Positions 35,983-48,500 of a stretch of DNA of 64,000 bases are shown piece by piece. Both the position numbers and the translations under genes were made by a program. The DNA comes from Azolla caroliniana (Eukaryota; Plantae; Polypodiophyta). A model generated the notes under the pieces. The model was not told the origin of the DNA. It saw nothing but the letters and a program-made list of their open reading frames with translations, and made no database searches. Each line of letters opens with the position of its first letter. Positions within the stretch are counted from its first letter, which is position 1. The DNA lies in the NCBI GenBank assembly GCA_043228905.1, contig JBHGNT010000034.1:1-64000 (forward strand). The letters are read 5' to 3'.

Positions 35983-38900
35983 AACGACCTACATTCTGTC
36001 ATACGCAGGGAATAAACAGGGATCGAATGCTTCTTGATCTTCCGCACTGACGACTTTGCTTACAACATCTGGTATCAGAGCCTGCACAGTAGTCGGTTCT
36101 TCAATCCGCTGTCGGCCGTCGTCTCAGCATTCGGTTTCCTGCGTCATTCGAAGAAGAGAGAAGAAGAAGAAAAACCAGGTTTGCATCTCATCGCGTTAGA
36201 TTATCTTGCTTGGAGTAAGCCAGCAGGTCGTACTCCGTTCCTTGTGATCGTAACCGCTCGAGGTGAAATCCCCTTGTGCAACATTGACACGATCGTGCTC
36301 CACTTGGTTAAACGGCATCCGAAAAGGTCATTGAACGCTACTCGCCGCTCGTTGTAACCACTCGGTGCAGATCGGTCTCAAGACAACAACCCCAAATTCG
36401 TGCTTCATCTGGCTGATCGACATTCAGGAGGATCAGTTGGATCCGTCTCTCTCGTTGCTGCAATCAACCGAAGCAAAATCGGTCCAGATAATCGGTTTTA
36501 ATAATCGGTATTCGGCATATATATCCGAACCGAACCGGGCTCACTCCGACTCGGCAACATTCGGGAAGACCAGTCGGTTCTGTCCCTCAAGCTACCGGAG
36601 TCAATTCGAGCAAGTTCCGAAGCCGAACCGACTCGGGTTCAAATCCGACTAGAACGATATCGGGTGAGCCAACCGGCTGCACTCCAACAAGGTTCGTAGT
36701 CAACTCCAAACCGAGCTTCGTCAACCGAAACCAAATTTGATGGCATCAACATCCGGCTCGTCAGAAATGAGTCTACGCAAGTTCGATGGATCGAACTTCA
36801 ACTTCTGGAAGGAACAAATGCAGGACTATCTCATAGTCAAGGGGCAAATCGATCCCATCGAAAATGAAGAACCTCCAGAAGGATACAAACCAATTGAGTG
36901 GCAGAAGCTGGACAGAATCGTCTGCGCCACGATTCGGATGCACCTATCGGAATCGGTATACTTTACGGTGCAATCGTGTACGACAGCATTCGAACTGTGG
37001 AAAACGCTGTCGGACACCTACGAAAAGAAGGTCGCCGCAACGAAGATGTTTCTGATCCGGCGCCTCTACAACTTGCGGATGAAAGAATCCGATTCGGTTC
37101 AAGCACACCTCAATGAGTACGAAAGCATAAGCTCCCAAATCTCGTCACAGGGGATGGCAATCGAGGATGAGCTTAGAGCAATGATACTCATGAGCAGCCT
37201 TCCCTCATCATGGGAAACTTTCGTCACAACTGTGTGCAACGCGTCAACCACGGCTGTCAAATACTCCGAAGTCACGAGCGCAATTCTGACCGAAGCAGCT
37301 CGGAGAAAGTCTTTTGCCAAAGACTCAACGGACGACGCCTACGTAGTACAAGGTTCGACAGACCGATCGAACATACGAGGAAGAGATTCCTCACGACCGC
37401 CGAACAATCAACGAAGACGGAGCCAGTCACGGGATAACCGAACCTGCAACTATTGCAAGAAACCCGGACACATCAAAGCCGACTGCCGCGCACTCAAGAA
37501 CAAGAACAACAAGAAGAGTGGCCGGCATGAGGAGGTCAACTACGTCAGCTTCTCAGCTGATGTGCTACCAGACGACCCAAATATACTATCAATCGAAAAT
37601 CCAGTCGAATCAGAAGTTCTACTCACGACTGAAGAGTCGAGCACATGGCTCTTAGATTCGGGCGCGTCGTTTCACGTGACTCCTCATCGATCCCAATTTC
37701 GGCAATATACGATCCGCCACTCCGACTCAGTTCGAGTCGGTAACTCGCAACACTGTGACATCATCGGAATCGGCACAGTAGAGCTCAACCTTGCAGGTGG
37801 CTCAACACTTGTACTCCACAATGTCCGACATGTACCCGAGCTCTCAAGGCCATTGATCTCAGTCGGACAACTAGATGAAGACGGCATTCGTGCCGGTTTT
37901 TCTTCGGGAGGGTGGACACTCCACAGGGGGAACCTCCTGCTTGCTAGAGGACCCAAGATACACTCATTGTATCCGTTACATGTTACGCTCAGAGAGGGTA
38001 ACCTGTTTTTGGTGGATATTCCTGTGTCATCACTATGGCACCGAAGATTAGGACACCTCAGCAAGGCCGGCATCACGCACCTATCTAGAGCCGGATACAT
38101 CCCCAAACTCTCCTTCTCGGACCATCAATTCTGCGAGCATTGCCAGTATGGCAAACAAGCAGCCGCGTCACACCCGACATCAGCACCAAGAGAAACGAGA
38201 CCTCTTGATTTAGTCCATTCGGACGTCTGTGGCCCAATGCCGCATCAGTCTCTAGGCGGTGCCTCTTACTTCGTCACTTTTATTGACGATTCGACTCGCA
38301 AGGTGTGGGCTTATCCAATTCGTACCAAAGATCGGGTCTTCTCGATCTTCACCGATTGGCTCGCTATGGTAGAAAATCAAACCGACCGAAAGCTGAAATG
38401 CCTTCGGACAGACAATGGGGGAGAGTTCAAATCCGAAGAATTCGTCAAATTCTGCCGACAACGCGGCATCCGACGTGAATTTACGGCACCACACAGCTCG
38501 GAGCAAAACGGGATTGCCGAACGAATGAATCGGACAATCCAAGAAAGGATAGTTTCCATGCTCCAACACTCCGGACTGTCGGATGGCTTCTGGGCAGAGG
38601 CTCTACTCACGGCAGTACACATAATCAATATGTCGCCAAGTAGACCTCTAGGACTTCAAATTCCTCAGGAACTATGGATCGGCAGTAAGCCGAATTACGA
38701 CAAGCTGAGGATCTTCGGATGCGAGGCGTACGCCCTTATTCCGAAAGATGATCGCCGAAAACTTGCACCTCGGTCCAGGAAATGCATTTTCCTTGGATAT
38801 GGATCCGACGGCGAAATGGGATACCGACTCTGGGACCCCGAACGCAGGCAAATCGTTCGAAGTTCGGACGTTGTGTTCAACGAGTCGGCTATGAATCCAC

Positions 38901-41113
38901 CAGTCGAAAAACCGATCGAAGTCCGAAGGGTAACATTTTCCGATGTGCCGACCCTTCAAGAAGGCCCCGCTCTCAACACACGGTCAGCTTCACGGGTAGC
39001 TGAACCTTACACTACCGACTCGGACGACTCCGACTCGGCACAGCAGAACAATTCGCTTTCGGACCATCCGACCTCGATACCCGATGCGACCAGTCCACTC
39101 ATACCTCGACGATCCGAGAGACTGTCGCAACCTCCGGAGAGGTATTCTCCTGGAATTTTCTTCACCGACGCCGGCGAACCGACGTCTTACGAAGAAGCAT
39201 CGACATCTGTCGATTCCGCCACCTGGCATCTGGCGATGGAGTCGGAAATGCACTCCATTCGGGCAAACCAGACTTGGGATCTGGTCGAATTACCTAGGAA
39301 CCGACGTGCTCTCCCTTGCAAGTGGGTTTATCGACTAAAAGAGACGTCTGATTCGACCACCCCAAAGTACAAGGCCAGATTAGTTGCGAAGGGCTTCCGA
39401 CAAGAATATGGCGTCGACTTCGACGAGATTTTTTCACCAGTGGTGAAAATGACAACCCTTCGTTTTCTGCTCGGCGTCGTGGCAGCCGACAACTTGGAGC
39501 TGATTCAGCTAGATGTCAAAACAGCCTTCCTCCATGGTGATCTCGAGGAGGAAATTTATATGGAGCAGCCAAAAGGCTTCGTGGCAACTGGCCAAGAACA
39601 TCTAGTCTGCCGACTCAGGAAGAGTCTATACGGCCTCAAACAGGCACCGCGACAATGGTACAAGAAGTTCGACGACTTCATCCAATCGATCGGCTTCTCC
39701 AAAAGCGATGAGGACCATTGTCTCTTCACCAACACAGCTCAAGATGGATCACCCATCTTCCTCATCATCTACGTGGACGACATGCTAATTTCTGGACGCC
39801 ACGCGGGCGAACTTGCCGATCTCGTTCGGCAACTGCGGTTGAAGTTTGCCATGAAGGACCTCGGTCCGGCACGACACATCCTTGGCATGAAAATTAGTCG
39901 GCATCGCGATAAACGACATCTCTTTTTGTCTCAGACCGACTATATCGGACGTGTCTTGGAACGCTTCAACATGCAATCAGCCAAATCTGCTTCAACCCCG
40001 CTCCCAATGAATCTTCGGCTCTCTCAGCGAGACTGCCCGACATACGGCCCGGAGGGGGAAGATATGAAGTCGGTACCGTATGCACCGGCAGTCGGCTCCC
40101 TTATGTACCTGATGGTCGCGACACGGCCTGATATTTCTCATGCCGTAGGAGTCGTTAGCAGATTTATGCACAATCCTGGCCGATCGCATTGGAATGCAGT
40201 CAAGCATGTGTTCAGATATCTGGCTGGCACAAAAGACCATGGCATTCTTTTCGGTCCGAACCGAACCTCAGGCGTAGTCGGTTACACCAACTCGGATTTC
40301 GCCGGCTGTATAGACAGTCGGAAATCAACAACCGGATACTGCTTCAAATTCGGCAATGGAGCAATTTCGTGGAAGTCGAAACTTCAGGAGTGCACAGCGA
40401 CCTCAACGACCGAAGCAGAATATGTAGCTGCGTCCGACGCAGCAAAAGAAGCTTTGTGGCTCGGTCGGTTGGCGCACACGTTTCGACAAGTCGACCATGA
40501 CTCGGCTCCAGTTGTCTACAGCGACAGTCAAGGTGCTGTTGCCTTGTCGAAAAATCCGGTTCACCACAACGCCTCCAAACACATCGACGTTCGATATCAC
40601 TTCGTTCGGGACTGCGTCATTTCAGGGAAAATCGGTCTAGAGAAAATATCCACAACCGACAATGTCGCAGATGGAATGACCAAATGTCTCTCGGCAGACC
40701 GTTTTCGGTCTCTTCGGCATCAGATGGGCGTAACGACAAACCAGTCCGGTTAGAGCCGGACACAGAGCAGGATGGTTCCCGACAACCGACATCAGCTCCT
40801 TAATGATCGGCTTCAACTGTTCCGACCCGACCAGTTCGGTCTTCTGTCTTCGGATCCTGCCGACTCGAACAAAGCTGATATGTCCGAGAACCTAAGTATA
40901 TACCTGTAATCTTAGATAACCCATGTATACGCCCATTACGGGGGAGTGTCGAATACATGTGTATAATGGACGTATTCACACTATCTCGTTTTGGCCATTT
41001 ATGTAATTAGCATAAAGGGTAGTTGCCCTAAGTCAGTCACTATATATAGTGACCTTGTAACCTCTTTGTGAGGTTGGTTGTTGTATTGTTGCTTTGTGAA
41101 ATAAAGAGTCTTT

Positions 41114-41158
<45 letters not shown>

Positions 41159-41243
41159 AACGACCTACATTCTGTCATACGCAGGGAATAAACAGGGATC
41201 GAATGCTTCTTGATCTTCCGCACTGACGACTTTGCTTACAACA
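35763..41243 (+). mobile_element. Young full-length Ty1/Copia element C (Tork/Tnt1-like)
   Basis: LTRs at 35763-36067 and 40947-41243 look identical apart from the GT/CT microsatellite; TSD ATGGA (35758-35762 / 41244-41248); PBS TGGTATCAGAGC at 36070-36081; PPT GGGGGAG at 40940-40946. Confidence 0.97.
36737..40753 (+). CDS. Copia C gag-pol polyprotein, 1338 aa, uninterrupted
   Basis: CNYCKKPGHIKADC, WLLDSGASFH, LWHRRLGH, LVHSDVCGP, LRTDNGGEF, NGIAERMN, QLDVKTAFLHG, YVDDML and SWKSKLQ; the first RNase H Asp reads Asn. Confidence 0.96.
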   Translation: MMASTSGSSEMSLRKFDGSNFNFWKEQMQDYLIVKGQIDPIENEEPPEGYKPIEWQKLDRIVCATIRMHLSESVYFTVQSCTTAFELWKTLSDTYEKKVAATKMFLIRRLYNLRMKESDSVQAHLNEYESISSQISSQGMAIEDELRAMILMSSLPSSWETFVTTVCNASTTAVKYSEVTSAILTEAARRKSFAKDSTDDAYVVQGSTDRSNIRGRDSSRPPNNQRRRSQSRDNRTCNYCKKPGHIKADCRALKNKNNKKSGRHEEVNYVSFSADVLPDDPNILSIENPVESEVLLTTEESSTWLLDSGASFHVTPHRSQFRQYTIRHSDSVRVGNSQHCDIIGIGTVELNLAGGSTLVLHNVRHVPELSRPLISVGQLDEDGIRAGFSSGGWTLHRGNLLLARGPKIHSLYPLHVTLREGNLFLVDIPVSSLWHRRLGHLSKAGITHLSRAGYIPKLSFSDHQFCEHCQYGKQAAASHPTSAPRETRPLDLVHSDVCGPMPHQSLGGASYFVTFIDDSTRKVWAYPIRTKDRVFSIFTDWLAMVENQTDRKLKCLRTDNGGEFKSEEFVKFCRQRGIRREFTAPHSSEQNGIAERMNRTIQERIVSMLQHSGLSDGFWAEALLTAVHIINMSPSRPLGLQIPQELWIGSKPNYDKLRIFGCEAYALIPKDDRRKLAPRSRKCIFLGYGSDGEMGYRLWDPERRQIVRSSDVVFNESAMNPPVEKPIEVRRVTFSDVPTLQEGPALNTRSASRVAEPYTTDSDDSDSAQQNNSLSDHPTSIPDATSPLIPRRSERLSQPPERYSPGIFFTDAGEPTSYEEASTSVDSATWHLAMESEMHSIRANQTWDLVELPRNRRALPCKWVYRLKETSDSTTPKYKARLVAKGFRQEYGVDFDEIFSPVVKMTTLRFLLGVVAADNLELIQLDVKTAFLHGDLEEEIYMEQPKGFVATGQEHLVCRLRKSLYGLKQAPRQWYKKFDDFIQSIGFSKSDEDHCLFTNTAQDGSPIFLIIYVDDMLISGRHAGELADLVRQLRLKFAMKDLGPARHILGMKISRHRDKRHLFLSQTDYIGRVLERFNMQSAKSASTPLPMNLRLSQRDCPTYGPEGEDMKSVPYAPAVGSLMYLMVATRPDISHAVGVVSRFMHNPGRSHWNAVKHVFRYLAGTKDHGILFGPNRTSGVVGYTNSDFAGCIDSRKSTTGYCFKFGNGAISWKSKLQECTATSTTEAEYVAASDAAKEALWLGRLAHTFRQVDHDSAPVVYSDSQGAVALSKNPVHHNASKHIDVRYHFVRDCVISGKIGLEKISTTDNVADGMTKCLSADRFRSLRHQMGVTTNQSG

Positions 41244-42796
41244 ATGGATACTATTGAGATTGTTGTAGTAGAGCAATATTGGATCATTGATGGAGACGTC
41301 CAGATCCTTAATAAGTATCCTCTTGAGCCATATCGTTTCACATGGAGCTACAACTGCACCCCTGTATTCGGCTTCTATGCTTGACAATGCAATGGTTGAT
41401 TGCTTCTTACTGCTCCATGATATGGCTCCGTTGTCAATTGAAAATACAAAGCTTGAAGTTGATCGTCGATCAGCTTTGTAGTCGGCCCAGTCGGCATTTG
41501 TATATCCTCTGAGTCGAATTGGCGTGGCCTCATAGTTCATCGTTCCACTCACGTATCGTAACACTCGCTTAGCACAATCCAAATGAATATCACGTGGAGT
41601 TTGCATGAATTGACTAAGGAGGCCGACTAGATAGTTGAGGTCAGGTCAAGTTATCATGAGGTAGATAAGACTTCTGACAAGTTTCCGATAGCGTGTTGGC
41701 TCACATTCAATTGTGTTTGAGTCGAGATCTAGTTCGAGGCTTCAGCAGAGAGGGGTGGCGACGGGCTTACACTTTGTCATCCCAAACTTGAAGAGCAGAT
41801 TGAGGATATAGTGTTGTTGGGAGATCATGATGCCGCATGGAGTTCAAATTACTGCAATACCTAGGAAGTAATGAAGCACTTTCATGTCCATCATTTCAAA
41901 TTTGTCGGAGAGGAAGGACTTGGCACGTAGAGGATGATAAAAATTGAACTTCCAAAATCACTTCTGACATAGAGAGAGTTGTTGGATTTTGACACTCTGA
42001 AGCCAATTCGATGAAGATATTGAGTGACCTTGGAATGTCAAGCCTGTGGCATTTGTTTAAGGTTGTATAGTGGCTTCTTTAGTCAATACACTATTGTCGA
42101 ATTAATGCTTGATTTGACGTCGGGTGGTTGGATCATGTACACCTCTTCTTCTAATTCACCTTGCAGAAAGACATTCTTTATGTTTGGATTTGGTGGAAGT
42201 ACTACCGTTTTGCCGTTGCAAGTGCAACCATGGTTTAAACAGTCGTAATCTTTGCCACTAGGGCAAAGGTCTCTTCATAGTCTACACCGTGCGTTTGTGC
42301 GTAGCCTTTTGCTATGGTCAGGCTTTATAGTGATTCACAGAGTCGTTGGCATTATACTTCACCTTGAATATCCATCTGCATCTGATTACCTTCTTGTGAG
42401 GTGAGTGAGGAATGAGATTGCATGTCTTGTTCTTACTGAGAGCCCGCGCCTCCTCATTCATTGCTTCGGCCCATCATGGATCTTTAAGTGCTTCGGAAAA
42501 ACTTATCAGTGCTCGAACAACTACCACCTTTATCATAAGGTGTAAAAATAGTGTGTGGAAGTTTGTAGACACAACCGCCTCGGCCGGATGGCAACAAAAA
42601 ACAGAACAAAGGTTTAATGTAAGCTTGAGACACACACAGAGTACACGGGAGAGACAAAGAGAGTAGAACAATAAAAGTCTATTTCAAAATACTCTATGGA
42701 CTTTGTACATACAAAATTTGCTTTAGAGCACTTTTTATACAAGTCCTTAAAATGACTCATAAAAGTACTGACAAGTACTTCAATGCTCGATGTACC

Positions 42797-43324
42797 CTAA
42801 CATTTTCCCAAGTGTTTGTGCATCTTTAGCGGAGATGCCCCTTCCTTGAGCCCAGTGACACGTACAATTAGGCGCCAAGCTTGACACATTTTCTCTTCCT
42901 CAAGGGTAGTGTTTATAATATTTTCATCTTTTAGTTCCTTTTTAATGTTATGTTTTACTACATTGACCCAACTGGTCTTCGTTAATCCCAAGCCGCTTCT
43001 TACCTTTTCCTTAACCTTTTTAATGTCGTCCTTAATATCCTCTAGGGAGGATATTTCATCATTTTCCCTAGATGTCTCGATGTCATTAAGTAATTTCTGA
43101 AAGTTGATGTTTTCTATTTTGAGTTTCGTTATTTCAGCCATAAGCATGTCTTTTTCTTCCCCATCTTTTTGCTTTTGAGATTCGGCCTCTTTTGTCCATT
43201 TTTTCATTTCATTCTCTATTTTAACTAAACCATTAAAGACATCTAAGAATTCTTCGTTATTTATAGTTTCGTCGTGTATTTCCTTATGATCTTTAGTTCG
43301 TTTAGAAGCCATGTTGTAATTCAA
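42797..43324 (-). mobile_element. LINE ORF1-like coiled-coil fragment with GC-richer upstream leader (to about 43640)
   Basis: Coiled coil followed by SWVNVVK and LEEEKM...LIVRVTGLKE, resembling non-LTR ORF1 proteins; ends at the LTR fragment. Confidence 0.55.
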
Positions 43325-43874
43325 AAGATAAAAGAAAAGGACGAAAAAGAACGGAAAACTTAGCGAGCATCGGTGGATGTCTCATTCACTTCATGAGCTC
43401 GCAATCAACCCACCAAAGAGAGACCTTGCGCGCCAAGTACAAGAGCCCACACCGTAGGAACACACTCTACTGAGGAACCCACGTATGCATGGCCACAACT
43501 AACAATAGTGATGGTCGCTCAACAACGACGACGGTCAGCGCGACGTGTCGGCAAACGCGTGACAACGGTAGTGGCAGCAGACGGCGACAACGACGATGGA
43601 GAAATATCGAGACATACTCGGACTATTAGATACTTTAGATATAAAGAAATTAGGCAGATATATCTTAGAGCTAAAACAACATAGAGAGAATAAACTACAA
43701 AATGTTGACAATAAAGTTTCTAATATTCACCAATATATAACGAATGAAGTTTTTCAGGGATAATGGGAGACAACGAATGTGGACACACCTACACCACTCA
43801 GTCTCTTCCTTGATGAAGCAGAAAACCAAAGAAGAACTAAACGCCATTGGATATCGGGAACTCAACGTGGTATA

Positions 43875-44618
43875 TGTTGAGAACTCGACGTTCCTTATGT
43901 CCGACGCTCGGCCACAACCGAGATTCTTTTCATACACAGAAAAACAGGTAATAAAAAAAAAACGCGACACAAAGGGGAGAAATGGTACACAGGAGGTTTA
44001 CGTGGAAAACCCCAAAATAGGGGAAAAAACCACGGCAGCCCACAGGCTGCAAACTGTCACTCTGTAGGAATATACAACAGTGAGTTCATTGAGGCAACGA
44101 CCTCGTGCTCTCAGATCTTCGCCACAGGCGGCGGTTATAACAGAGGCAACGACCTCGTCTCTCTCTCTCTCTCTCTCTCTGTATAGTTACGCGCTCTCTC
44201 TTCTTCTTGCACCAACAAGGAAGAATGACAACAACAAAAACGACACACCTAAAAGTTTGCCCTAAGTCATATTTATACTAATATGACTTTCCGGCTATTT
44301 ACAAACGTAGCCTCGATGGGCTCTCAGAGACATATTTACGAATATGTCTCTTCCTTCGGTTCATACCGGGCCTACACCATCCGGCTCTCCGCAGTCGGGT
44401 ACTCCCCATCCGGTTCATACCGGGTCTACACCATCCGGCTCTCCGCAGTCGGGTACTCCTCATCCGGTTCATACCGGGTCTACACCATCCGGCTCTCCGC
44501 AATCGGGTACTCCCCATCCGGTTCATACCGTTTCGGCCTCGGCCTGTTGGCCTCGGCCGAGTTTGTTCGTCGGCACTGTTCTTCTCCCTTCCCATCCGGA
44601 GGGACCTGTTTCCTAACA
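43875..44618 (-). mobile_element. Solo LTR (744 bp)
   Basis: TGTTGAG...CCTAACA termini flanked by TSD GTATA (43870-43874 / 44619-44623); minus-strand TATAAAT near 44270-44277; CT tract; no internal coding region. Confidence 0.85.
44357..44530. repeat. 54-bp tandem repeat, about 3.2 copies, inside the solo LTR
   Basis: Unit cggttcataccgggtctacaccatccggctctccgcagtcgggtactccccatc. Confidence 0.93.
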
Positions 44619-45111
44619 GTATAGACGCAATTAAGAAAATAAGGGAACGTGAGCTACACCACCTGGAAGCCATGGTTGGGGTACCTTCTACCTTCTACAC
44701 CAGGACCATGGGTCACACCCACACCGAAACCCTTTGACCTCCCACTTCTTTTCGAGAGGCTTGGATGGAAATGAAACTAGGCCAAATACAAAGTCATTTC
44801 CTTTATTGAATATGTTACACCATAGCATGTTTTGTACAATACTAGAACTCTTTTAGTTTAAGTAAATGCTCTATTTTGTTGTACACCGATTGTCTCATGG
44901 ACCAAAATTTGGCCTTAGAAGACGTTAATATATTGTGGTGTGCATGTGTTCCTTTGTGCGACCCTTTTAGCACACCCTTTTTAGCGTGCATGTAGCAAAG
45001 CCAACCCAAATGGGTACCTTTGTATCTTCTATAAATTGAACAATAAGTAAGAAGCTAACTAGGTTGGTTTTGATCTCTTTAAGTGCATTTCACAATATCT
45101 TTCTTTCTCTA

Positions 45112-45120
45112 TCTCTCTCA

Positions 45121-45181
<61 letters not shown>
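45112..45181. repeat. (CT)n(CA)n compound microsatellite upstream of the PHD-Myb gene
   Basis: Read directly from the sequence. Confidence 0.9.
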
Positions 45182-45184
<3 letters not shown>

Positions 45185-45523
45185 TCAGAATGGAAGAGCG
45201 TTTCTTCTCAAGTGTGAAAACGAATTAATACCAAAACAAAATGAACTCTCATCTCCCCTGCTTCTCCTTGTCCTTGTCCTTCTCGTTTTGTCTACCTGCT
45301 GCGTCGCGATGGAGGAGCTTCTCCATCTCTGATTCACGAGTTTTTCCGTCCGTCACAAATTTGCATGCATACATCATCATCATAATCCTGTTTGAACTCG
45401 TAGCGGGAAAGATACCCGAGAACGCTCCTGCTTCGAGTTCCAAAACCTTTTCTTCACCAAAGGCTTCTCCAAGAAAGAACCGCAACAGAGACAGAGACAC
45501 AGAGAGAGAGAGAGAGAGCACCA

Positions 45524-48500
45524 ATGGATGCTGTATCTTCTTCTTCGACTCCATGGACGTGGATTTTCGAGCACCTGGTCAGCCAGAAGGAAGTTGGAAC
45601 GCCAATTTTGCGAGGTATTCAATGTCTTTCCCTTTTCTACACGAATTCTGTTTCTGCATAACATCTTTTCCCTAATAATGGTTTGGGGTTACATCTACTA
45701 TGGTGTGGGCATGAGCATTGTTACATTTGTATAAAAAATTTGCAGCCTCGGCATTGGTTAGAGATTTGGCTCGCTTTCGAGTTTTTTATGGGGGAAAATG
45801 CTTCCACTGTCTTATTTACAGCGTTCTCTTTGAAGGAATGTTGCCTCTGGCATTATTTGGAACGTTTTCTTTGAAGAGATGCTGCCTTTGACATGACTTC
45901 AAGCCCTCCGCTTTTGCATAAATGTTGCCATTGGCTTGTCCCCAATCTTTTTCTTTGCAGAAATGCTGTCATTTACCTAGATAAGAGAATTTTCGTTAGA
46001 TAAATGCTTCAGATGGTTCTGTGTATATGTTGACATGTTTCCTTATCATTGAATTGGCCTTTTCTTTTCAGAAATGCTTTCTTCTGTGCCAGATATTGCT
46101 CTTTCTGTCAGCTTGCAGAGGAGGGTGGCGTTGAGATACCTAGAAGAAGCCATGTCTGCAGAGAAGGTCGATGCTTCGGTCATCCCTCTCATAGTGACCC
46201 TTTTGGAACATGCTCAAAGAGCTTCCATTTCGACTTTTCCTACGAGCTTAGACTATTCTGATTTGCTGCTGCGAGTGAAAGTAGAGGTGAGGTGACCCAT
46301 AGAGTTGATATTTAACAATTCTGGCATAGGGTTTTGCATTATTTTATTTGAAAGTTTGGTTTGCAGGCAGTGCTAATATGTATTCGAACAAATCCAAGGA
46401 ACTGGTGCACATTCAACCAGTTTCTTGATTATTTTTTCCCTAATGATACAAAGGATGTCCAATATTGCGAGAAGAGGAAGCAACTCTTAAGCCTATTGAG
46501 GGTATGTGTTTACCTTTTGAATACACAGTTTTTCTTGTGCAGGAACTTGTTTTTCAGGATCCAGTGTCATTGCTAAGTATGATATAATCTGGAATGAACA
46601 TTTTAAGGAAGCATCGATTAAATGTTTGGAAACTAGCTATTCACAAGCCCACCCCACCCCTCTCCGCCCTTCATAAGGGTTAATCTTTTTGGCTGGTGAA
46701 TCACAGTCGGATGATGAGAAAAAATGCATGGAAATGCTGGAAAAATATCCTGTCAGTGCATTGCGACATGACATACTCAAATGCATCACTTCAGAAAAAA
46801 ATCGCTTCGAGGAAACCTTTTTCAACAAGGTCTGAATTTTCTTTCTCTCAAGATGCAACTACAAACTATTTAAAATGTGTTTTGCTAATGAATGGTTTTA
46901 TTAAAAGCAAACAGCAAACATTTGTTACCGTAAATGCTGTGGCGATGACATCCAACAGTGCAACTTTCTTCTTTGCAGCTTTGGCAGGATGTGCGTGTTG
47001 GAAAACTCCCTTTGAATGTTGGATTGCCAGTCCGAGAGAAGGAAAAAAGTCAAGAGGCTTTTCATTCTGCAGGCATGGCACACAATTCTATCGGACATGA
47101 TGACCAAATTGACATAGTGGGCCGGAATTCAAATGCTGAATCAGAGGTTTTATATGGATGGAGTGGTTAATTAACACATTTTTCATGCTTTTAGTGTTTT
47201 TCCATGTATAACAAATGTTGTAAATTACAGGATGCTGTTGAGACCAGGCACGATAAACTTGTTGCAATAGAGCTGGAAAAGAGCAGTTTGAGGAATATGG
47301 AAAGGGATACTGCACAAAAATCTTACAGTAATGGCTATGAAAAGAAACACCAGCATGGGGCTTGTGGTTCTGATTTGAAAGGTAAAACAAAATCAGCAGG
47401 TCAATCTTCTAGGCTTGTGCAAAGTCCAAAAGTGCAGTTGAGGCAAAGGAATCAGTATGGTAAAGCTATCACATCCTCCAGTCCCTTAAAAGATGTGAAG
47501 AACTTACGGGCTTGTGTAAATACAACAGAGAGTAGAGATGGTTTAGCAAGTGCCCAGATTCCGAAATCTGGGAGTGATGGCCAAGAAGAGTACTGTCATA
47601 AATGCCAGAAGGGAGGAAATTTGGTTTGCTGTAATGGCTGTCCAATCGCGGTGCATAAAAGATGCTTGGGATCTGACTCCAGCATTGTACACGGAGAGTG
47701 GTTTTGCCCTTTGTGCTTGCAAAAGAAAGCAGCTGAAGCAGTAGCAAAGGCAAAAGAGGAGGAATTGGCAGCAAAAGAAAAAGTAGCTCAATTCATGGCA
47801 GAGCTAAACACTAAGCGGGTCACTGAAAAAACTGCTTCTCACAGGATTTCAGATGATTGTGGAGTGAAAACTGACACAGAAAACATAAAGAAAACGTTGG
47901 GCAGGAAGAAAGATGCTAGACAGATTAATAGTTTAAAGGCTGATGTGCACAAGGAAATGGAAGCAAATGCTTCTGAAACTGCAGTGCATACCTATAATGA
48001 CATACAAGAAGAGGTTGGGTCTCCAAGCAAAGAATGCCATGACATAATCAATACTCCGCCAAGAAAAAAAGTTAGAGGTCTCGTAAGGGACAATGTAACT
48101 TGTGATGGAGCCACAAATGATGCTGGTGGTACATCTTCAAAAATGGTGAGTGAATCAGAAGGGCACGCAATTCAAGCTGGTGTACCAATTCTAGCTGCAG
48201 ATGGTGACGGGCATGCTGGTGATATAGAAGAAGATAATGTTGACATAAAAAAAAAAAATGTGAATCGGAAGCAGAAGCTTAAGATGAGGTGGTGTATATT
48301 CCTTCTCTTTTATGATGTGTTCATATCCTTCTGTTCGTCTGCCAATTTGATTAAAACTCCCAATGTGCTATGATTAGAGAAAACCGACTCATCCCTGGTT
48401 TGCGGCGGAAGCGGCTCCCATGGTCAAAAGAAGAGGAAGATGCTTTAAAGGTCTACCTGTTTTATATTTTGTTTCTTTCATTCATTGTTTGGAAGAAAAA

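Larger units (their letters stand above)
35129..42790 (-). mobile_element. Old degenerate Copia D (3' LTR related to Copia A LTRs), split by Copia C
   Basis: 35129-35482 aligns to the reverse complement of the Copia A LTR and is followed by a PPT. An RNase H remnant at 35535-35762 continues at 41244-42560 into RT (AISWSSKKQSTIALSSIEAEY). An LTR fragment resembling the Copia B LTR lies at about 42615-42790. Confidence 0.8.

Noticed and set aside
45241-45874. Alternative starts and a candidate exon (MDVDFRAP..., PRHWLEIWLAFEFF) for the PHD-Myb gene
   Set aside because: They do not splice in phase with exon 2 as well as the ATG at 45524, which gives the family-like PWTWIFEHL motif.
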